From Hydrogenophaga sp. (GTDB lineage Bacteria; Pseudomonadota; Gammaproteobacteria; Burkholderiales; Burkholderiaceae_C): a DNA stretch of 64,000 bases. Below, one piece after another: positions 58,945 to 64,000 of the stretch. The position numbers were made by a program, and so were the translations under genes. The stretch is from contig NZ_JAKFEO010000015.1 of the NCBI RefSeq assembly GCF_036675665.1, positions 70,889 to 134,888 on the forward strand. The letters are read 5' to 3'. How positions within the stretch are numbered: position 1 is the stretch's first letter; each line of letters opens with the position of its first letter. Under the pieces are notes generated by a model. That model saw only the letters and a program-made list of their open reading frames with translations. It did no database searches and was not told the origin of the DNA.

Positions 58945-59517
58945 TCAGCGCTTGCCGCCACCACCACCGTTTCCACCCCCGTTGCCGCCACCACCGCCGT
59001 TGCCCCCTCCCTTGCCACCGCCTTTGCCACCGCCTTTGCCAGCTCCCAGGCCGCCCTGAGCACCCACGGACAGGCCGGGACCGATGGACGCCGACGCCAC
59101 CGTCGAGCGGCTCGTGGCGGCGGGGGAGGACTTGGTCGTCTTCTGCGACTTCGCCGCGGCAGCAGCGCGCGCGTCGTCCGCGTTCTTTGCCTGGTTGGCG
59201 TCGCTCACCACATCACCCAGGCGCAAGCCCAGCGAATTGGCAATCGCACCCCAGCCCATGCCGCTGTCGCGCAGACCCTGCACGCTGCTGGTTGCCGTGC
59301 CCAGCTGGGCGCTGGTGGGGTTGGTGATGCCTTGCTTGGCGAGGTCGGCCTTGGCGATGTGGGTCGCAAAGTCCTGCTTTGGCGCGGCCGCGGTCGTGGT
59401 GGTCGGCGTGGTGGTGGTCACCGTCACGCCAACGGTCGTCTGCGCGAATGCTCCGGTCGCCGCGAACAACGCGACGCACACGCCCGTCTTGAGCAAAAGG
59501 GGATGGGCAAATTTCAT
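58945..59517 (-). CDS. secreted hypothetical protein with Thr-rich N-terminal segment and poly-Gly (GGGK/GGGN) C-terminal tail
   Basis: Lies inside ORF 58945..59550(-), with the start at MKFAHPLLLKTGVCVALFAATGAFAQT (signal peptide, cat 59515-59517). It shows TVGVTVTTTTPTTTTAAAP and ends GAGKGGGKGGGKGGGNGGGGGNGGGNGGGGGKR. Confidence 0.7.
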   Translation of the reverse strand: MKFAHPLLLKTGVCVALFAATGAFAQTTVGVTVTTTTPTTTTAAAPKQDFATHIAKADLAKQGITNPTSAQLGTATSSVQGLRDSGMGWGAIANSLGLRLGDVVSDANQAKNADDARAAAAAKSQKTTKSSPAATSRSTVASASIGPGLSVGAQGGLGAGKGGGKGGGKGGGNGGGGGNGGGNGGGGGKR

Positions 59518-59682
59518 GAACGGCTCCTGAGTTGTTGTGTCACGGCCCATGCTAAGGCGGCCATGTACCTGGGAGCACGCTGAATGGTTACCAGCGGTAG
59601 CTTTGAGCCACCAGAAGTCAACCGCGTGTGTGCCAGCGCACGCTCGTCATGCCACACCAGCGCCTTCGCTCGGTGCGCGCCG

Positions 59683-60003
59683 TCATGGCTTGACGGTCAG
59701 CACCCAGGTGGAGAGGGTCTTGAGGTCGTCCGTGCTCAGGCTCGAGTGCGCGGGCATGGGAATGCGACCCCACTTGCCCTTGGAGCCGTTTTGAATCGAT
59801 TGCGCGAGCGACGCGGCGGCGTCTTTCTCGGTCGCGTATTTGTCGGCGATGGCGGCAAAGGCCGGGCCCACCACTTTTTCGCCATTGGCATGGCATGAGT
59901 AACAACCGCTGGCCTTGGCCAGGTCGGGAGCGCCGGCCAGATCGGCTTGCGCGAAGGCGCTGGCGCTGGTGATCAAGGTCGCGATGAAGAAGGTCGAGCG
60001 CAT
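59683..60003 (-). CDS. small soluble class I cytochrome c (c551/c552-like)
   Basis: Lies inside ORF 59683..60063(-), with the start at MRSTFFIATLITSASAFA (cat 60001-60003). It has the heme motif CYSCH and the distal Met region WGRIPMP. Confidence 0.85.
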   Translation of the reverse strand: MRSTFFIATLITSASAFAQADLAGAPDLAKASGCYSCHANGEKVVGPAFAAIADKYATEKDAAASLAQSIQNGSKGKWGRIPMPAHSSLSTDDLKTLSTWVLTVKP

Positions 60004-60088
60004 GGCAGGTCCACCTGAAAACTGAAAGGTCCAAAGAGAAAGGTGCCGGCCCGGTGCGTGCACCGCACCTGGCCGACACCCCGGGCGA

Positions 60089-61816
60089 TCACTTCATCAG
60101 CTTGAAGGTCCAGACGGAGCCGCCCTGTTCGAGGAAGTTGACCTTCTTGGCCACTTCACCGCCCCACAGCGGCACGGCACCGCCCCAGCCGGAGACCACG
60201 CTCACGTACTGCTCGCCACCTTCGGTCCAGGTGATGGGAGGGGCCACCACGCCAGAGCCGGTCTGGAACTGCCACACCACCGTGCCTGTCTTGGCGTCGG
60301 CGGCCTTGAGGTAACCCTCGGGCGTGCCCCAGAACACCAGGTCGCCGGCGGTCAGCACACCACCCCACAGCGGCGCGCTGTTCTTGACTTCCCAGGCCAC
60401 CTTGCCGGTCTTGGGATCGATCGCGCGCAGCGAGCCGATGTGGTCGTCGAACAGCGGCTTGATGGTGAAGCCCGCACCCAGGAAGGCAGCGCCCTTCTTG
60501 TAGGTGATGGGCTCGTTCCAGATCTCCATGCCCCATTCGTTGGTGGGCACGTAGAACAGGCCGGTGCGCGGGCTGTAGGCCATGGGCATCTGGTTCTTGC
60601 CACCCAGGAAGCCGGGCGCGGAGAACACCGACTTGCCCTTGGCGCCGTCGCCGCCGGCAGCGGCTGCGGTCGGGTCGCCCGGGCGGTTGGTGTCGTCGAA
60701 GTTCGGCCGGCCGGTCTTCAGATCGATGCTGGTGGCCCAGGTCACCTTCTTCACGAACGGGAAGGCGTTGACCAGCTTGCCGGTGGTGGCGTCGTTCACA
60801 TAGAAGAAGCCGTTGCGGTCCGCCTTGGCGCCCATGCGCTTGCCGTCCATGTCGAAGGTGATGAACTCGTTCACACCGTCGTAGTCCCAGCCGTCGTTCG
60901 GCGTGTTCTGGTAGTGCCACACGATCTTGCCGGTCTTGGGATCGATCGCCACGGTGGAGGCGGAGTACAGGTTGTCGCCCTTGCGCACGTGGCTGTTCCA
61001 CGGGCCGGGGTTGCCGGTGCCGAAGTAGGCCAGGCCGGTCTTCGGATCGTAGGTGCCGCCCAGCCATGGGCTGGAGCCGCCGGTTTTCCAGGTGTCACCG
61101 GGCCAGCTGGCGTTGGTGGTGCCGGTGATGCCGTTTTCCTTGCCGTCCTTGAAGCCCATGTGGCCTTCGACCACGGGGCGCGACCAGACCATCTTGCCGG
61201 TGCGCGGATCGCGCGCTTCCACACGGCCGACCACGCCGAACTCACCACCGGAGACACCGGTCATGAGCAGACCTTGTGCGATCAGCGGTGCGGCGGTGTA
61301 GCTGTAGCCGGCGGCGTAGTCGTCGATCTTCTCGCGCCACACCACCTTGCCGGTGTCCTGGTCCAGCGCCACCAGTTGTGCGTCGAGCGTGCCGAAGATC
61401 ACCAGGTTGTCGTAGAGCGCGGCACCGCGGTTGATCACGTCGCAGCACGGCATGATGCCTTCGGGCAGGCGGTGCTCGTACTTCCAGAGCTTCTGGCCGG
61501 TCTTGGTGTCCACCGCGTAGATGCGCGAGTAGGAGGCCGTCACGAACATCTTGCCCTTGTTGACCAGCGGCTGCGACTGCTGGCCGCGCTGCTTCTCGCC
61601 ACCAAACGACATGGACCACACCGGCACCAGCTTGCTGATGTTGCGGGCGGTGATGCCGTTGAGATCCGAGTGGCGCTGACCCTGGGTACCCAGGCCCCAG
61701 CTCAACACGTTCTCGGGCGACTTGGCGTCGTCGGCAATCATGGCGTCGGTGACGCCCTGGGCGCCTGCGTGGGCCGTGGCGGCCATGATCATGAGGCTCA
61801 GTAGGGTGCGTTTCAC
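60089..61816 (-). CDS. PQQ-dependent alcohol dehydrogenase, type I quinoprotein, with lanthanide-type active-site signature
   Basis: Lies inside ORF 60089..61990(-). The GTG at 61816 is preceded by GGAGA and gives [21 protein letters not shown] (signal peptide). It has the vicinal disulfide PCCDV, W-motif propeller repeats, and [11 protein letters not shown] (D311-Y-D313; codons 60878-60886). Confidence 0.93.
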   Translation of the reverse strand: MKRTLLSLMIMAATAHAGAQGVTDAMIADDAKSPENVLSWGLGTQGQRHSDLNGITARNISKLVPVWSMSFGGEKQRGQQSQPLVNKGKMFVTASYSRIYAVDTKTGQKLWKYEHRLPEGIMPCCDVINRGAALYDNLVIFGTLDAQLVALDQDTGKVVWREKIDDYAAGYSYTAAPLIAQGLLMTGVSGGEFGVVGRVEARDPRTGKMVWSRPVVEGHMGFKDGKENGITGTTNASWPGDTWKTGGSSPWLGGTYDPKTGLAYFGTGNPGPWNSHVRKGDNLYSASTVAIDPKTGKIVWHYQNTPNDGWDYDGVNEFITFDMDGKRMGAKADRNGFFYVNDATTGKLVNAFPFVKKVTWATSIDLKTGRPNFDDTNRPGDPTAAAAGGDGAKGKSVFSAPGFLGGKNQMPMAYSPRTGLFYVPTNEWGMEIWNEPITYKKGAAFLGAGFTIKPLFDDHIGSLRAIDPKTGKVAWEVKNSAPLWGGVLTAGDLVFWGTPEGYLKAADAKTGTVVWQFQTGSGVVAPPITWTEGGEQYVSVVSGWGGAVPLWGGEVAKKVNFLEQGGSVWTFKLMK

Positions 61817-61927
61817 AGTGTGTCTCCTGCTCGTTCGTGGGTTGGATGGCTGCTGCCGTGCAACATGCGCGGCCGCTTGTGATGCCCTGCGCGACAGGTC
61901 AGTCGTGGGCTGCACGCGACTTGAATG

Positions 61928-61942
61928 GCAACATCTGTGCCA
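61928..61942 (-). promoter_or_regulatory. sigma-54 (-24/-12) promoter of the PQQ-ADH operon
   Basis: The reverse complement is TGGCACAGATGTTGC, an exact TGGCAC-N5-TTGC. It lies about 112 nt upstream of the GTG start at 61816. Confidence 0.75.
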
Positions 61943-62104
61943 GGGTTCGTGGTGCACCGCGCAGCGGTTTTTCCAAGGGTTTTCGAGCACCTGTTGCCGC
62001 GAAAAACGGGGGCCACTGCGCCATGCCGCCGGTGGCGGCTGTCACGTTGTGGCGAGAGTGTTCAAAAACGAATCACCGGCCGCCCGGCCTGCAACAGGCT
62101 GCGT

Positions 62105-63070
62105 TCAACGCCGTGTCGCGGGGCCGCTGAGCACCTGCTGCTCGTAGCGCGGGTACCACTGCGTGATGCTGCGGTGCAGCTCGGCCGGCTGGGCGGCCCA
62201 GGCCTGGAATCGCGCGGGCACCGGCAGGCGCAGCACCTCGCTCAGATCGAGCCCGCGCTCGGCGCTCTCGCGCATGTGCGTGGTGAGCCAGCGCAGCCAG
62301 TCGCGCGTCTGGTCCACGCCGCCCTGGCCGCTGTGCAGCGGACCGTGGCTGGGCACCACCAGCCGGATGTTCTCGGTGGTGATCCACCGCGAGAGCTTCG
62401 CCAGGCTGGCCTGCCACGCGTCAAAGTCGGCGTGCGGCGTGGTGGGCACGCGCTCGGCAAACACCAGGCCGCCGGCAAACAGAACGCCGGTGGTGTGGTC
62501 GATCAACACGAGGTCGTCGCTGGTGTGGCCGCTCAGGCGGCGCAGCTCCAGCTGGTGACTCCCGAGTTGAAACACGCCGGCCTCGACGGGTTGGCGCGAG
62601 GGGGTGGACTCGGTGCCCTTCATCCAGTCGCCACACAGGCGGTAGAGGTTGTCGGCGTAGGCGCGACCCTCGGCCTGCATGCCGCCGATGCTGCCGGGCA
62701 GCGCCTGCGTGGGGCGGTCGGCCCAGGCCTGGTTGCCAAAGAAGTGGTCGGGGTGCAGGTTGAGGCTGAGCACGCGCACCACCGGCTCGCGCGTGACGCG
62801 CTCGATGGCGCGGCGCTGCTGCTCGCCGTAGCCGCGCGATGGGCCGGTGTTGACCACCACCACGCCCGCGCCGGTGGCGATGAAGGCGGTGTTGATGATG
62901 TTGCAGCCGTTGGCGCGCGAGAAGTCGTCCACCGCGCCTTCCATGACCCAGGTGCGCTCGGCGATCTGGCGTGGGCGCAGGTCGTGGTCGAGGCGGACCA
63001 TGTCGGGCACGGGCTGCGCCATCGCGGCGCTGGCCCATGCCGCGGCCAGCCACGGCAGCAGGCTTCTCAA
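62105..63070 (-). CDS. metallo-beta-lactamase-fold periplasmic protein ('quinoprotein relay system zinc metallohydrolase'-like, member 2)
   Basis: This is the C-terminal part of tracked ORF 62105..63970(-). The TTG at 63070 overlaps the upstream stop (TTGA) and gives LRSLLPWLAAAWASAAMAQP (signal peptide). Its motif LNLHPDHF stands in place of HxHxDH. Confidence 0.8.
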   Translation of the reverse strand: MRSLLPWLAAAWASAAMAQPVPDMVRLDHDLRPRQIAERTWVMEGAVDDFSRANGCNIINTAFIATGAGVVVVNTGPSRGYGEQQRRAIERVTREPVVRVLSLNLHPDHFFGNQAWADRPTQALPGSIGGMQAEGRAYADNLYRLCGDWMKGTESTPSRQPVEAGVFQLGSHQLELRRLSGHTSDDLVLIDHTTGVLFAGGLVFAERVPTTPHADFDAWQASLAKLSRWITTENIRLVVPSHGPLHSGQGGVDQTRDWLRWLTTHMRESAERGLDLSEVLRLPVPARFQAWAAQPAELHRSITQWYPRYEQQVLSGPATRR

Positions 63071-63864
63071 GCGCTCACCTCGGCGTCGATGCGGTTGCCG
63101 TTGTTGTCGCGCCCCAGCAGCCGGAAGCCGCTGCCGGTCTGCGGCGGCAGCTCGACCGTGATGAGCGGGTTTTCCGACACCGGTTCGTGCAGCGCCAGGC
63201 GCCACCAGGGCACGCCCGCGCCGTCCACCAGTTGCAGCTGTTCGATGTAGAAGGCCGGGATGCCGGCGACCAGGCCGGTGTCCATGGGGTGCATCACGCG
63301 CACGCGCAGGCGGCGGCTGCCTTCGAGCACGTTGTTGAAGAAACGCGCCTGCACCTGGTTGAGCGTGCGGCTCCACGAACCATCGGCGCGCGTGGCGCCC
63401 GGCACCGTGCAGCCACCACCGGCCGCCTGCACCCAGGTGCTGCCCACGTGCCAGGCGCCGTCGCGCGTCTGCACCAGGGCGCGCACGGGCGAGGCCTGCT
63501 CCATGCGGATGCGAAACGCCAGCATGGGCAAGGCCTTGAGTGGTTCGAACTCCAGCACCTCGCGCACCGGGTTGCGGTCCACCACCACCTGGATGCGCGC
63601 CACGCCACCGCCGGTGTTGCCGAGCGCACGCGCGTCCACCAGCAGCGGCACGTTCATCGCATCGTCGGCAAAGGTCGGGCCGTTCACCACCACGGCGCTG
63701 GAGAAGCGCATGGGCGCGTCGCCCAGGTACTGCTTGCGCAGGCCGGGCCACTGCATGGAGCCCAGCGGGTCGCCGCCGGTGGGGTCGTCGGTGGCCCACA
63801 GCGCAGTGCTCGCCGCGCCCAGCGCAGCGCCCAGGAACAGGCGGCGGGTGTTGTCTTGTGACAT
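63067..63864 (-). CDS. quinoprotein-dehydrogenase-associated SoxYZ-like fused carrier protein
   Basis: A 265-aa ORF with the Tat signal MSQDNTRRLFLGAALGAAS. The SoxY-like half ends in WVQAAGGGCTVPG (Cys152, codon 63409-63411). A SoxZ-like Ig-fold half follows. Confidence 0.75.
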   Translation of the reverse strand: MSQDNTRRLFLGAALGAASTALWATDDPTGGDPLGSMQWPGLRKQYLGDAPMRFSSAVVVNGPTFADDAMNVPLLVDARALGNTGGGVARIQVVVDRNPVREVLEFEPLKALPMLAFRIRMEQASPVRALVQTRDGAWHVGSTWVQAAGGGCTVPGATRADGSWSRTLNQVQARFFNNVLEGSRRLRVRVMHPMDTGLVAGIPAFYIEQLQLVDGAGVPWWRLALHEPVSENPLITVELPPQTGSGFRLLGRDNNGNRIDAEVSA

Positions 63865-63873
63865 GAAGAACTT

Positions 63874-64000
63874 TCAGGAACCTTTTTGGCGGATCCAGCC
63901 GCGCTGCGGGTCGTAGCCCCACAGCGCCAGCACAAAGAAGGCGATGCTGCACACCACCACCACCGCCCACGACGTGGCGTTGAACTGCCCATACATCGCA
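63874..64000 (-). CDS. 3' end of a membrane-protein gene (or a 40-aa ORF from the ATG at 63996); runs off the right edge
   Basis: The reverse complement reads (A)MYGQFNATSWAVVVVCSIAFFVLALWGYDPQRGWIRQKGS-stop, with one hydrophobic helix. The frame stays open to the window edge, and identity cannot be determined. Confidence 0.35.
   Translation of the reverse strand, partial: AMYGQFNATSWAVVVVCSIAFFVLALWGYDPQRGWIRQKGS

Noticed and set aside
58951-59045. Short tandem repeats (GGN/CCN here; GCn/CCn at 7617-7709) as possible CRISPR or VNTR loci
   Set aside because: Both are in frame inside good ORFs and encode poly-Gly and Ala-Pro linkers. There is no repeat-spacer periodicity and there are no cas genes. 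They are kept only as coding low-complexity repeats.

Overview
High-GC betaproteobacterial chromosome segment. It looks Burkholderiales/Comamonadaceae-like, judging from gyrA-serC-pheA-tyrA-aroA/cmk-rpsA-ihfB-lapAB synteny and the tmRNA tag ANDERFALAA. All calls come from reading the sequence and the six-frame track; no database search was run. The ORF track uses alternative start codons and includes stop codons, so several starts were re-picked by eye. The window falls into four blocks. (1) 1-19.8 kb is core housekeeping: glnA (partial, with sigma-54 promoter and NtrC sites), cinA-like, rsuA-family, tmRNA, gph, ubiG, ompA-like, gyrA, serC, pheA, tyrA, a fused aroA-cmk, rpsA, ihfB, lapA and lapB. 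(2) 19.8-32.2 kb is a LysR-centred accessory block with two TRAP transporters and three paralogous binding proteins. One operon there joins a DUF1445/D-glutamate-cyclase-like gene to a 1197-aa fused 5-oxoprolinase/hydantoinase. (3) 32.2-37.7 kb holds rdgC, crcB and a WYL/YafY regulator divergent from four small stress/redox genes. (4) 37.7-64 kb is a roughly 26-kb alcohol/aldehyde oxidation island. It contains a five-gene tungsten aldehyde:ferredoxin oxidoreductase cluster (aorABC-like plus a MoaD-like gene and a second small gene), xdhC and a mocA-like gene, and an AcoR-like regulator that lacks its AAA+ domain. It also contains NAD-aldehyde dehydrogenase plus DUF779, a quinoprotein-associated binding protein and cytochrome c, a full-length sigma-54 activator, and pqqABCDE. 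The PQQ alcohol dehydrogenase carries the lanthanide-type D-Y-D signature and sits behind a near-perfect sigma-54 promoter. Flanking it are the uncharacterised 'quinoprotein relay' genes: a SoxYZ-like carrier with an internal GGGC thiol and two metallo-beta-lactamase-fold proteins with degenerate metal motifs. The island also holds a 573-aa orphan protein with a Ser-rich disordered region and a secreted protein with a poly-Gly tail. A roughly 80-nt double-hairpin repeat occurs five times, always co-oriented with the upstream gene and four times inside operons. No rRNA, tRNA, CRISPR array, transposase, integrase or phage gene was seen. The many long ORFs antisense to real genes are high-GC shadow ORFs.
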